64,000 bases of DNA from Octopus sinensis (Eukaryota): the NCBI RefSeq assembly GCF_006345805.1, contig NC_043002.1:88226001-88290000 (forward strand), given 5' to 3'. Every line of letters begins with the position of its first letter. Position 1 is the first letter of the stretch. Positions 24,562 through 39,276 of this stretch are shown one piece after another. Below the pieces are notes generated by a model that was given only the letters and a program-made list of their open reading frames with translations, did not search any database and had not been told where the DNA came from. The translations under genes were made by a program, and so were the position numbers.

Positions 24562-24829
24562 ATATCAGAAACATAGCTGCACATGGGCCGTTGGTGATTT
24601 TTTACTTCTCCTTTGGACTTCTCCCTTTCTCCTTTCCAATGAAGAGCTATCTTCAAACAGTACTTAGTAATCCTCAGCATTTTGGAATAGTCAAGATTAC
24701 ATGATCCTCTGCAGGATTTACAGAGAAGTAACTTACAAGTATGTGTTATCTGCCTTGATTTAGCACAAGAATTTTTATTCATCATAAATTAATTCATTCT
24801 TTCATTGTCATATGTGAAATTGCTCATAC

Positions 24830-25185
24830 ATCATCCTCATTTAACGTCCACTTTCCATGCTGGCATTGGTTAGACAGTCTGATTGAGGGCTGGCAAGCCA
24901 GAAGGCTGCACCAGGCTCCAATCTGATCTAGCAAAGTTTCTACAGCTGGTTGCCCTTCCTACTGTCAACCACTCCAAGTGTGTAGTGGGTGCTTTTTACA
25001 TTCCACTGGCACAAGGGCCAGTCAGGTGGTATTGGTATCGACCAGGCTTGAATGGTGCATTTTACATGCCACCGGCATGGGAGCCAGTCAGGCAGCAACC
25101 ACACTCAAATGGTGCTTTTTACATCTCACCAGCACAGGAGCCAGTCAGGCGGCACTGGCATCGACCACGCTCAAATGGTGCACAC
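24830..25185 (-). mobile_element. Family C copy
   Basis: Same core, 3-4 units. Confidence 0.75.
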
Positions 25186-25358
25186 ATTCATATTTCTACA
25201 TCATGCATTTTTGTTGATGTCTGAGCAAGTGCATATCATTTATGGGATTTTATAAGTTTTAGACAAGATTAGTCCATGAAATTGCAAGTTCATGTACATA
25301 TTTCTTTGTGAATCAGTGATGTCACGAAAAATCTATTATGGACAACTTCCATATAAAC

Positions 25359-25528
25359 TAGAGCATCATAGCTAAGGCCAACTCATATAGGGTACAGGAC
25401 AGCAAATGTAACCTCTGTATCACAGAAAAATTAAATATCAACATCAAGAGTGAATATTTTGAATATTAAGGAGGAAACTTTTTCTCCTTGCATGCACAAA
25501 CATCAATTCATACTTCAAAATTTCAAGC
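25359..25528 (+). mobile_element. Penelope-like element C-terminal relic
   Basis: Decayed SIIAKANSYRVQDSKCNLCITEKLNI...SPCMHKHQFILQNF resembles the PLE KC.LC..EK..I...CRH..KF.L tail. Confidence 0.6.
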
Positions 25529-28500
25529 ATAACTCCTCACCCACCTTACTATCTATCCAACCTGGGTAAAAATTTGACTATAAGTCATATATGCTCAGTA
25601 TATACAGATATATGAAAATATACAGAAAATATATACAGAAAATGGTGGTGCCCCAGCATGGCCACAGCTCATGAGCTGAAACTAGAATCAATCAATCATA
25701 TGCTACCAGGAGCTCATGCAGGAATTCTTAACTATACATATGCATAACACATTTTAATGACATCACACAATTCACAAAAATATATGTATAAGAACTAATA
25801 TATATTTTAGATAGATACAATGTTTCCTGTATATCAGTGGATGTGGTATAATCTGTATGAATTCAGGTCTTGATATCATGTATTAATTATAAACAAAGTT
25901 CACTGTCATGCAAGCAACATCATGTGTTTACAACCTTCTTTGAAAACACATCCAGCTATTGTGTTGTCCATGTTCAAAGGACTAAGGGAAATATTAAGTT
26001 GCCCAGAAATAGGTGAGGGTTGGCAACAGGAAGAACATCTGGCAGTAAAAATTTAACTCAAATTTTGCTTGACCCATGCAAGCTTGGAAAAGTGAACGTG
26101 ATGACATGAAATTGAAAAGAATAACTCAGATATAGATTTGTTCTTTTAGTTTATTTCAGAAGACAACAAAAGACACAGCCCCCTACCAAAAAAAAAAAAA
26201 AAAAAACTAAATTCGAAAATGAATTGAAATTTATAAAAAGATGTACAATTGAGAGTTGGGTTGGAGTGGAGGGATAAGATTTTTCTTTTTGTTTTTTTTT
26301 AGGTTTAATTTTTTAGCCAAATAATAGTCGTCATATCTTTTAAACCAGACTGGGTGAGAAAAAAATATGTTTATATAATATTTCTGAACATAGAATGACA
26401 AAATAGGTTTAGAAAGATCAGACTGATTATGGCTAATATTTGCAAATGAATGAATATACCTGCCAGGGAAGATCTACATTTAAAATATAATTAAAACACA
26501 AGAAAAAAAAAAAAATTAAACAAAATAAAAAGTAGAGGGGGAGGAAAAAGAACATTGGAAGATACACACAAAAATTTGTGTACAAGACATCTTGCTTACA
26601 CACACTACTCACTCCACCCCTTCTCTCATTCACACACACGCACAATGAAAATGAGTGAATCTGAACTGATTTGTTTCAAAGAATTTGACACTTGCTAGAA
26701 ATAAAGATAATCTTCCATTTCCTTCCACATATTTTTTGGGGGGTTTTATTGTTTGTGTTTGGCAGTATAAGAAATCTTGAAGATATTTCAACATAGAAAA
26801 TCTAAGAAATTTTTCATTTGTTTGGTAAAAACTGGTAAAAACAATGAAAAAAAATTTTCTGAGATCTGAAGTCCTTATACACTGATTCAGTCTTGGAATA
26901 TTTGACTAGGACACAAAGGAAAATAAACTGCTCAGTGTGTCAGTTCATGGATGTTTCACCACTTCATGTCAGCGATCTTCAGAATCTCTTTAGTTAATAT
27001 TGATAACAAGCTTATAATCTCTTTAAAAATTTTTTTTTTATTCAACATTATCACACACACAAAAATCAGTCTAAGAAAAACATGGACTAAAACTCAGTGA
27101 GTTTGAACAGATTCTGGGAGACATTTTCATTGCAAATAGAAAAACCTCTTTGTATTAATATATTTTGAAAATACTTTTAAAAAAGCTTAAGTTAGACACT
27201 GGCTAGTGATACTTAAAGATGGGTTACATGGGTTAGAAAAAAGTTTTCAATTTAGTGTGAATGTAAAAATACTTTTATGAAAAAAACTTTTTTTTAATAA
27301 AGTATGCAGAATAACTGTTAAGTTAATTTTCTCAAGCCTAACTAATTTCTAACTAAGCAATTGCTGTAGATTCAGCCAAATTCTCAAACCAAAACAAAAA
27401 ATGGAAACTACATCGAGTTTGAGGAGAGCAACTTAGTTGACATGAGATGAACAGAAAATCAGTAATCTATAGATTAATTACAATTTCAAATACAGGCAGA
27501 AAGCCACAAAAATGAAAGGCAAAATTGACAATGGCAGAATTGAACTCAGAACATACAGGAACAATGCTCAATACTCTAATGATCCTGCCAGTCTACAGCC
27601 TGATCCATTTTTTTATATTAATCCTACAGAATCTAGTTAAAGGGGATGAAAACAGATGTTTATATGCATCCAGAAAACAATTTCAAGCCTTCAATGAAGA
27701 GGAACAAAATGGAGTGCATACAATTTCAGAAGTTGTGCCCTACTTATATTTTGGTTGTTGAATATTTACATTATTAATGTTAAGAATAACAAAAACAGAC
27801 AAACCTGAGAAAATCACAACTATATTAACAAATATAATGCAGTTCCTGTAGTAATGACCATCATATTAACATTTTGATATTAATTAAAATTCATTAACAA
27901 TTTCAAGATTAAGTTTAACATAAAACTAATCTTTATTTCAATGGTGTATATATATATATGTGTGTGTGTGTATGTGCTATATATATATATATTACTCACT
28001 GGGCCTGAAGAGGAGACAGTACCTATGGCTTTGCAGACCCTCCTAGACCAATATGATTGATACCATTAATATCCTGCTTTGTGAGTCAACAATTGCAGGA
28101 AAGATATAAGCAATGAAGGTGGGGAATTATATAAACATGCACAAAAGTTTTTCACACAATTTTCTTTTAAATAGCCTTCATAGCAAGTGTGAACAATGTA
28201 TTTAATAATATTTTAGACATCGGAATAAAGAAAATACAACGAATACTATGAAGACAGTTACAACTAAATTAAAAAAAAAAATTATGGACATCGTTAACCA
28301 GTAACAATGATGACAAAACTGCCTGCAGACCTAATAGTGCACATTTCAAAATCTTTAAGAAGTTAGCAGAGATGCAAATTTAGGTAACATGAGTGGCTAG
28401 ATTACATATATAGAATGCTTAAAAAGTCTCTCCTTTGGCATAAATAAAAAATCTGCTTATCTTCAATCATTGATGTTATTATCAGAGTAAACAGTATCAT

Positions 28501-31500
28501 CGTTGTTTTAATTAGTCTACGTTTTTAAGTCACCAATAAAGCATTGTGCGTAGGGACAGCCACCAAAAAGGAGGGAGATGGGTAGTCAGCAGAGGGAGAA
28601 ACTAGTGAATGTACAATGAACCAGTTAGCCATGCATGGAATAATTACTGAAGCAGTATCCGAGAGAAATTTAGCACAATTATCATAGTTTCATATCACTT
28701 GGATACAAAATTGTTTTTATCACGAAAGAGAAATAACAAAATAAATGCTATAAATTGGCTCTACCAATTAAATTGGTCTTGAGGGGTTTGGCTGGTCAAT
28801 AAGAGGACTTCTCTAGTTTTGAGGGTTAAAAATACGAATCATGCATCTATTAAATTCATGTTCCTAGTAAAACATGCAGCCCTGTGAAAAAATTTTTTAC
28901 AAGTTGGGTTTTTTTAATCATTTTTTTTTTAAACATTTTCTTCATTTTCATCTTTCTAAAAGTGAAGAGAAAATGAGAAAATAGTAAAAGTTGTAATTTT
29001 GCAATAGAAAAGAAAATGTCCCCTTTTCTAGATAAATTATCAAATATCTAGAATGCTAAAAATAACAAGCTTCTTTGAAGATCTGGAAAATTTGCAGTTT
29101 GCATTATATCTTCTTTCATTTTGGACATGTCTGTGCGTTAATTTGGGCATTAAAAAATTGTAATACAAACATTAAACATTTATTTAATAGGACCTGGAGA
29201 AAATGTCACCCACAGATTCAACATCGTACTAATAATAAGGTCTGCTCAACCAGAACTGACCCAGAGCTACACAACAACAATGTACTTGTATCATGCTTGT
29301 ACAATTTAGCTAAGTTAGCCAAACCAACTGGACTGTTCATATATTGATTGGCCCAACGAACTGGAAACCAATACAAACAGAAAAACAAAAATACACACAA
29401 TAATGTACTGTTTCAAGTAGGTGGCTGAAGCTCAGTCAATTTGTAATGTATGTGTATACATACGTTTTTTTTTTTTTAAATACATATTGTTTTAAACTAA
29501 TTTTCACATAGGGCCTCTGATATAGGTTTATTGCTCTACTTAAAAAATATCAACCAACAATAACACTCAAGGATTTTAATTTAAAATTATGAAAAAATAA
29601 ATTATCTAATTTAAATTCATAAGACTTATTAATGTAAACAATGATTGTTGAATAAACGGATGAGTACAAATAGTAATAATTTAAATTTGTTTGCAAGCCG
29701 GCTAAAAAAGAAAAAAAAAAAAAACCCTTCAAATCCTATTGATTTAAAATGGTGTAAAAGAAAATATTTTAGATCAACAAGTGTCTGTTATGGTAGAAAA
29801 TCTCAGAATTAGCTAACAAGATACTCCAAACTGGAGATTTCATATACTTTGATGATGATATATCTTATTTTTAAAGTGTAAAAATAAAAAAAGTTATCCA
29901 TGATTCATTCACAGACATATTATCAATGGTTGAAAGCTCTTCAATATAAAGAGTGTTATGAAGAATATTATGAAATTAAATAATGAAAATATTTTAAACT
30001 AATAACTCAAAACTTTTCGCCAAGCATAATATCTAGACAACATTTTATGCTGGCAGGCTTTAATAGTCTACTATCTAAATCATTAAATTCTATTGTGTAC
30101 AGATAGATGAATGCAAGATTAATTTTACCTGGTTCATTAACTAGTAGAGTAAAAAAAAAAAAGAAAAAACCTAATAATTATAGGTACAAGGCCACAATGT
30201 TGTGGGGAGGAGTGTAACTGATTATATCAACCCCAATGTTTGACTGGTACTTAACGACCTAGGAAGAATGAATGTAAAAAGAAATCAACTTCAGTAAGAA
30301 GTGAGAACGTAGTCATAACACAACATTTAGTCCAACACTTTACTAATTATGCCACTATACCACCTGATTTAGTTTGACACTACTAATTACGCCGCTAGAT
30401 GACCAATTGGCAGTTGTTAGATCATCAGATTGCTTTGCAGCAGCCGTTCCAGCTCTCTGCACGCCAAGTTCAAATTATGCCACTGCCTCAACTGATCTCA
30501 CACAGGCACAAATCTGGGGAGATAACAGTTGATTATATTGATTAGTATTGATTTCCCAATTATTTTATAGGCATCTGGAGAAATGTAAAATGAATTCAAC
30601 TTTGATGGAATTTTAACGTTAACTAAATACCGCATTGTATTTTGACCAGTGTTTGACCAAGGGAAAAGGGAACAGTCGATTATACTGAGCCCAGTCCTTG
30701 GCAGGTGTTTAACTTTATCAATTCCATGATGGAAAAACAAAGTTGCCCTCAGTGAGATTTCAACTCAAAACATAAAAAAAACCAAAGCAATTAACTGCAG
30801 AGTATTTTTTCTAATGCTCTAACAATTCTGCCAATCCACCACCCTCCCTAATAGTAAGTCCATCCAATATACAATATTTGAAGGTTAGAAATTCCAATTT
30901 AAAGATAACTGAACTTAAATTTTAAAAATAGTAAGTAAAGAAATAGTTCTTTCTTTCTATAAAAATTAAATTAAAATGTCAAAATGATATTTTCCTAAAT
31001 AAAGCAATATTAGATATGATATTGAAAAGAACAATTTAAGAAACCAACTGAAGGGTTGATTGGAAACTTCATTTTCAGCAATGGTTACAAAAGTGAATAA
31101 CATTAAGTTACCACAGTAACAGGAGATAAAATTATTACTATACTAATCTGGAAAAAAAAAAAGTTGGCGACCATATTCACTAGAAATTAAAACAATAACA
31201 GACAAATTGTTTCAATACTGATAAATAACCAACAATACTAAGGATTTATTACAATCCATGAAAAAAGGAGGAGTAAACAGGGTTTTTAAAGTTCAGATTA
31301 ATATGAAACATTAACTGACATTTAAATTTTCAAATAACAAAAATAAATGTTTAAGAAATAAATAATGCTGCAATGGTTTATAGTCTTAGACTATATTACA
31401 ATGCAAGCAACAGAATTTCAATAATTTCTTTGCTTACTTGGTAATGATAATAAACATCAATATATTAACATGTCATAGATATCTGAAGTTTCATGAAAGA

Positions 31501-34500
31501 CACACACACACACACACACACATACACAAACAACCATTCTCACTTTCTAACAAAAATCTAAAAATACATGGTCATCTCTTTAGCAGTTTTATTTGTTTTT
31601 ATTTCACAGCCAACCTGAGATACACCAAGTAAGCTTCCCCTTTGGTTTTCATAAAAGGAAAAAAAAAGCCAATGGTTAAAAAAAAAAATGAAGAGAAGGG
31701 AGTGCAGAGCCTAGTGAAGATGAAGAAGAAACCAAAGACTGAACCAAGATTGTCAAGAACAAAATTAAGGCAGAGGGTCTTAGCCTATTTGATAGAAATG
31801 GTTGTCATAGAGATCTGGCTGTATCAAAATTAAACATTACCACAGGAAGTGATTATTACAACAAGAGAAAAAAATTCCAAATTTTTTTGTTTTTAAATGC
31901 TTAATTTGAAATAACTGTTAATAAAGGTTATAATATAGAAAAGAACTTTGATCAACAATTTGTTTGCTACTTTCATTGTTCAACAAGAAATTACAGATTG
32001 CTGTAAAGTTTTCTCGAAATATGATTGCTTGATATATGTTTTCATTTATGAACTCTTTCGTAGTATCATTGTTGATAAAGTTTTGTATAAATTTATTTTT
32101 AACATTTTTATTAGGCAATGAATTGTTTTTTTTTTTCCTGTTTATACACAAAAAGGAGAGGGAAGGGGGCAAGGTATTTGTACTCAGCATAAAACAGAGT
32201 ACAAATATACGTTAATTTTAGATGATCTTAAGCTTTTTGATGAAAACAGACCAGCGAACAAATAAATTAGAAGATAGGTGGTAGGGTAGAAAACGAAATT
32301 AACATAAGTTGAGGGGAAGGGGTAGTATTTTGTTAGTGACAAACTCATTTAAGATAATGAAGAATGTGAAAACAAACCATTTTGCAAGTATAAATTTCAA
32401 TGCTCAAGTCAGGTTGATGGAAATCGTCATAATGAGTTCAACATTTTGATGACTTCATATCAGATCTGATCAACCAAAGTAGCATTTACTATTTTTGGGT
32501 GGATTATGACTTGATTGGAGGAGAAATGACACAAGCCATGGCCCTTTGTAGCCTTGCTTCCCAGAATGACCGTGAGGCATTAATATGGTTGATGTGAACT
32601 GTAACTGTTTGATGGGAAGACATGGGGAGTGGGGAGAGTATTCACGGTGAACGTAGTTCTGAAGACCATGGATAGAGCAAAGTGTTTAGAACAGGGTCTA
32701 AGAAATGAGACAGTATAAAGGTCATACACAAGAGATACAATAGTAAAAGTGAGAGGTATAAAGCAGGTATACAGAGTTGTAAAAAAAGGCTGATGAAGCA
32801 GAAATTGGAGGCAGTTCAGGATGGCAGATTTATTTCAGGTAGATGGTTCTTTTCAAGGTGCTCACTAACGTTTTGCTACAAGACGCAAGGATAGTATTGA
32901 AACTATGTAAGCAGTATTCCATGGTGAAACATATCAGGTGACAGCAATTGTTCAGAACTAAAAAGTATTTTTCATCATTTAAAAGAGTCCACTCTTTTTT
33001 AGGTGCAGTTTTAATAGTACGGGTTCTTTTTTAACTGTGAACTAACTGTTCATGAGCAAAGAAAGTGATTCATTTTGTGATGCTAAATGATTTTTCGGTT
33101 GTCCTCAAACCATGCTTCTGTCAGAAATCTATCAATATTAAGTATTAAAAGGTTAACCAGAAGCTGTTAAGATTGCAAGTGGGTGACACTTGTGTTTGGA
33201 AAGAAAGGAAAACAGTATATGGTGTAAGTGTAAAACATGTTAAAAAGTTTGAAAAATTTACTAATAAAGAGAAAGAACAGAGTTAGAATGATAACAAATC
33301 TACAAGGAACAGAATGGCCATTGTAGACTGGAAAGATTTCTTTCTAAGACATGCCATAATGAAGCAGCTAATGAAGAAGCTACTGATTAAAAAAAAAAAG
33401 GTATGTTGGCAGTCAGGAAGATTTCAACACCAAACCTCAAACATTTCACTAGAATTCTTCAAGAAATCATTGAAATGAAGTAAGCGAGCAATTCAGTGGA
33501 ACTAACTCCAAAATGGTGTGAAATATCAGTATTTAGAATTTATATGGATTAGTTATGTTTGAAGCAGTTATATCTGGTTAATAATTCACATCAGACAATT
33601 CAGTTGAAACAGATACACCAATTGTGTAACATTATATTATATCTGATATTTATTTGTTATATTATAGTATTATGTGGAATAGTGGATACAAGGTATTTTA
33701 ATCTCATAAATCTAAACCTGACAGTACTAAGGTGGTTTTCATTGCGACAACAGAAAAATACATGGTAGAACTGAATGCAAGCATTCTCAGCAACACTTTC
33801 TTTTTTTTGAACTAATATATTAACAGTTCATTCTCACAAAAAAAAATTAAACCGTATATTAAGAAAATCCCAAAATTAATGTCATCTCTACATACATAGC
33901 ACAAAGTTATCTGACTCACAAAACAATTATAAGAATACTTAACTAGACATGTAAGTAATAAAAAGGTGGGTTTGATTTTTGTTTCAACATCGGAAATAAT
34001 GTTGGCAAAGAACACATTTCATCAACAGATCAACTGAAATTATTACTACACCTGTAACCAAAAGGTCGTAGGTGAACAACTTGTTTTGTACCTACATGCA
34101 TAAGAAAGATTTTCAAGAAAGCTAATATTATATTTGGAACATTTTATTTTCACTGAGAAGTCATATTCTTTTCAGTCTTTATTTAGGTCTTGTAAAACAT
34201 TAAATAAAACGTATTCCCTATATTCCAAGATTCCTCTTAACTGTTACGGAAAATAGGAGATGTTGAGACTTGGAAAAATATATTCTTACAGAGTTAGAAT
34301 CTATAGAAAACCTGAATACAACAGTTACTTGAAAGTTCAAAGTATGTCATTAATCAACACAAAGAACTTGATCTAGCCTAGTTGATACAATATGATCAAT
34401 AAAAATACCAATATGATCATCATAAATATATATATATATATTATATCTTAGAATTGATGTAACAGCTGCTTATATTTGACATTTCTCACTATACTACAAT

Positions 34501-34928
34501 TTTTCATTTTTTGTATTCACTTGAAAAATGTCATTCAAGTTTACATAAAAATGATTTATCTGCTTCAAGAATAGTTGAGAGATTTATCAAGTTTTTAATA
34601 CAAGCACCAGAAGAAAACCAACATACCCAAAAGAAGGGGGAAAAAAAAAAACAAAACCATCCCACTTCAGCCCTCAGCTGTCCCAACAGCCAGAAAGAGG
34701 AGTCTTTGTGGGTGGAGGATGGGGAAGTAGAACAGGGAGGGGTACAATTAGCGGGAGTTAGAAAGTAGAAAACAAAAGTCATTAACTAAACATAAACTGC
34801 TGGTGTCACTATCACCAATTACTATCACAAATCCTCAAACAACATTATTTAAGAAACCATATATGCACAACCATACCTAGATACAAACACACACACATAT
34901 ATACACACACACTTGCATCCCCCCATTG

Positions 34929-35093
34929 CTATACAATTTCTTCAGCAATTCCTCCCCAGCGTACTCGGTATTTTCGATTCCTCCACACAATTGTCCAATC
35001 TCGGTGACTTTGAATTGTTAGATACAATGTCATAACTTCTCGTAAAAGCCAGCAGACAAGGAATTCAAACTTTGACATCGGTAAGGAGCCATT
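34929..35093 (-). CDS. UGCG: Ceramide glucosyltransferase, exon 9 coding part (165 nt including TAG)
   Basis: ttttag acceptor; NGSLPMSKFEFLVCWLLREVMTLYLTIQSHRDWTIVWRNRKYRVRWGGIAEEIV*, matching the UGCG C-terminal ..I.WR...YR.R.GG.AEEI. Confidence 0.96.
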   Translation of the reverse strand, partial: NGSLPMSKFEFLVCWLLREVMTLYLTIQSHRDWTIVWRNRKYRVRWGGIAEEIV

Positions 35094-37327
35094 CTAAAAT
35101 AAAAGATTAAACATTTAAAAAATTTATTGGAGACATGTCATAAACAGCATCCTAAAATACAAACAAGTCCAATCTACATTTATATTTTCAATATATAGCT
35201 GTTATAGATTTCCAACATGTAACTTCAACTATCTATTATAAGGTTCAAAACATACCAACATATAACTACAGTTAGTTGTTACAAAGTTTACTGTATAAAT
35301 CTATATTAAATAAAATATTTAATTCCCAAATATGTAGCACTGCAACAAGTGACTGATATAACTGCAATTTAGTGACCTACTTTAGGCCTGCACCACTGCA
35401 GACCTAAAGAATATATCATTCTCAGTAATTAAATTCATATCAACATGTAATTGAAAATATTCAAACATTGTTTTAAAAATAGTGCTTTACAAACATTTCC
35501 ATTTCATAATTACCAAGGACTTGGTGTCAAAGTAAATTAATATACATATATACACATTCTTTGACACTCCCATCATACTTCTGAACCTCACCTAAAATCA
35601 CCATCATCTCTCTTATTCTTCCTCTCAGCTGTGGGATCTTTTTAGTTTTATGAATTACAAAACAACCTCACTAGTCAGATGCCACAAAAAAAAAAAAAAT
35701 CTGTTTAGTGGTAAATATTAGGAACAACATCTAGTTGTAGAAACCACACCAAAATTGAGATATTGGAGCACCATGTGGCCCTCCAAACTATTGGATCTTG
35801 TATTTTTCTTTAAAATTATTTAACAATAACTAAAAAAATAAACTAAACTATAATACTTTTTTATATTGGTGTTATCTAATTTATAAGTAACTCTGTTGAA
35901 TATAACGATTATCATTTGAAAAACAGAAAGTAAATAAACTTGGATGAATACCAGAAGGCATAAATAGAATAGTAGGTGATATATATTTATTTGTAATCAT
36001 TCTACACAGTGCTTACAGGCAACCAAAAAACTTGTCAAACTGCTGCACCACAAATTACAGCAAGATTGATCAACTACTTCTAGCAAAATAAAAAAATATA
36101 AAGTTGGAAATGGCAGCAAGAAATGAACGAGCAATCTTATAAACGGACAGTGGAAAGAGTAGATGCATCAGAAAGTAAGAGGTAACAAATTGACATTACA
36201 GTGCCAGAGAGAGAATTTATAAATTCATATATTCAAGTTATCTCTACTGTACAGAACTACCTAGAAGTTGAATAGCTTAAGATTACAAGACTTGTTTTAT
36301 GTAAAAAAGTTCAAGTTCTAATCATAACACTAAGATATAACTGATACCTTTCATGTTTTATATATTACACTCTGAACAAAAGCATGTATGTCAGAAGCTA
36401 TGGTATTACTAGTAAGATCACCAAATAAGAGACAGCTACTGTTCATTTTATAAATGCAATGTCTGTAAGATTTAAGGATTATTATTATTATCATTATTCA
36501 GAAGAGAAGTTGATCTCAGTACTGTACAATAATGAAGCAACTGTTAAATTTGGACTGCATATATCATTAACTTGCAAATACATCTAGTACATGGACTGGC
36601 TTTGGCCACGGACAGTGCAGTTGGTCATAGGATGTAAATCATCAACTTTTTCGTTAGTAACCAGAGGCTGCCAGTGACTAACACAATTGTAATTATTCAC
36701 TAGTTAAAATTATATAGTTCAATTCTCATCAATACCATTAGATAAGAGGTACATTTTAATTTCAAATATAAAATAGAATTTTTCTTTCATTATTTGATTG
36801 GTTGGCAATATTACTAAAGAACGAATGCCAGTTACGCAAGAATGGCAGCGATGCAATCAATCCTGAATGCCAGAAATAGGTAAGAAACCCTGCTCTGCAT
36901 TCTTCACTAGTGTTCATTGAACATGTGATTTTATACCAACCAGCAAATATGTGAAGGAAACATTTGATTTACAACCAGATCTATCCATAAAGATCACTTG
37001 TAAACCATTCTTTAGTAATGATGAACAAGCAGTGGACACAAAAGTAGAGGATTGAAGTAAAGTGTTTTCCTCTTCAACAAATCTCAATGTGCAAACTAAA
37101 GAACTACACTGGCTATATTTTATGAAGTCGGTCCTGAGTAACAAGTCTCATGTGAATTTGGCTTTATATCTTCTAATTGTACTTACAAGAACAGAGTGAA
37201 TTTGGAGATATTAATGGTTTCAGAGCCATCTCTCCAAGTATCTATCCATTTTTTTTCTTTTTGAAAATCAATTTATATCTTTTACGTCAATTTATAAAGA
37301 TCTCAACTTATTTCTTGTATCTCTGTG

Positions 37328-37915
37328 AAGGTAGCGAGCTGGCAGAATTGTTAGCATGCCAGGCAGGATGCTTAGCGGTATTTTGTTTGTCTTTATGTTT
37401 CTGAGCTCAAATTCTGCCATGGTCGATTTCGTCTTTCATCCTTCTAGGGTCAATGAAATAAATACCAGTTACACACTAGGGTTGATGTGATCAACACCTC
37501 CCTCTAAAATTTCAAGCCTTGTGTCTATAGTAGAAAGGATTATTATTATTATTATCAATATGCAAAGTCAACTTTGCTTTTCATCCTTTTTTTTTGGGGG
37601 GGGGGGGGGTCAATAAAATAAGTACCAGTTGAAAACTGGGGCCAATGTAATCTACTCATCTCCTACCCACAATTGCTGCCCTTGTGGCAAAATTTGAAAC
37701 CATTATTATCATTAAGGGGATGAACTGGCAGAATAGTGAGCATGTCAGGCAAAATGCTTAGCAGTATATCGTTTGTCTTTATGTTTCTGAGCTCAAATTC
37801 GTCTTTCATTCTTTAAGGAGATGATAAAATAGGTACCAGCTGAGTACTGGGGTTGATGTAATTGAGTTACCCCTTCCCCAAAATTGCTGGCCTTATGCCA
37901 AAATTTGAAACCATT
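37328..37915 (+). mobile_element. Cluster of about three tandem SINE family A copies (UGCG intron 8)
   Basis: Repeated head and body segments at about 37328, 37560 and 37715. Confidence 0.75.
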
Positions 37916-38493
37916 ATTATTTTTGTTGTTGTTGCTTCACCTTAGTTGAAAAGTGAATTCTAATACACATTCTAAGTTAGATATTTTATATCAAAAACAA
38001 ATTTCTAGCTACAAATGGGTTTTTTAATATCCATGTAGTTTGTCAAATTAAAGTTCTAGTCAAGTTAAAATATCTCTAATACTTCTTCATTGAAATAAAA
38101 ATATTTATATACAATTATAAACAAAGAGTTATGTCATAACCTGACAATCCTATAAACCAGTAATAGTACTAACTTAGCCAAGGTAGGCACTAAAACAGCA
38201 AACACTGCAATAGGTCACAAATAGTTCAGTTAATCAGTTTCAGTGCCAGCTTAACAGCTGGCAGGAGTGAATACAAAGAGACTTTCATCAAGTACTATGC
38301 ACTTTTCTACTTCACCCCATACATATCTATTTCAATGTGTAGAGAGCTAAATAATACAAAGCCTGTTTAAGAGGGCAGTACATCATTAACCAAATGATAC
38401 ATTTTTCAGGATTTACAATAAGACAAAATATTTATTATGAAGTATGAATATTCAATTCATACTGAAACCTTAACATGAAGGAAACATTTTTGA

Positions 38494-38713
38494 TCTTTTA
38501 CTCGTTTCAGTCATTTGACTGCGGCCATGCTGGAGCACTGCCTTTGGTCGAGCAAATCGACCCCAGGACTTATTCATTGTAAGCCTAGTACTTATTCTAT
38601 CGGGCTCCTTTTACCGAGCTGCTAAGTTATGGGGATGTAAACATACCAGCATCGGTTGTCAAGCGATGTTGGGGGGGACAAACACAGACACGCAAACATA
38701 TACACACACACAT

Positions 38714-38785
<72 letters not shown>

Positions 38786-38957
38786 GCACATATATACGAC
38801 GGGCTTCTTTCAGTTTCCATCTACCAAATTCACTCACAAGGCTTTGGTCGGCCCGAGGCTATAGTAGAAGGCACTTGCCCAAGGTGCCACGCAGTGGGAC
38901 TGAACCCGGAACCATGTGGTTCGTAAGCAAGCAACTTACCACACAGCCACTCCTACG
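38494..38957 (-). mobile_element. SINE family B copy (UGCG intron 8)
   Basis: Same family sequence. Confidence 0.88.
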
Positions 38958-39276
38958 CTGATGTATATTAAAATTAAAAATTTTTTTTTTCTTACTCGTT
39001 ACAAGATCTTTCTGTAAAAATCAATAGTAACTAGATTATTTACAGCTGTGCTACATGATTAGTTGTAAAGTTCCTAAAAGGGAACAGAACTGTCAAAGTT
39101 CATTCAACATCCTTCTTCCCCACTTGACGCCAGCATGGTTTGCACAGGGGAATTGAGGCATTTTATGACTAGATGCCCTTCCTGTCACCAATCCTAAGCA
39201 AATGTTTAAGTAAAAGATCTTTTTAATTGTTGGTCTTCGAACAGGGTAACCAATAGCAATGTCAAAAAAAATGTGA

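Noticed and set aside
36570-36680. Alternative UGCG terminal exon in intron 8
   Set aside because: The open frame needs phase 2 but exon 8 ends in phase 0, which gives SLAASGY* only.
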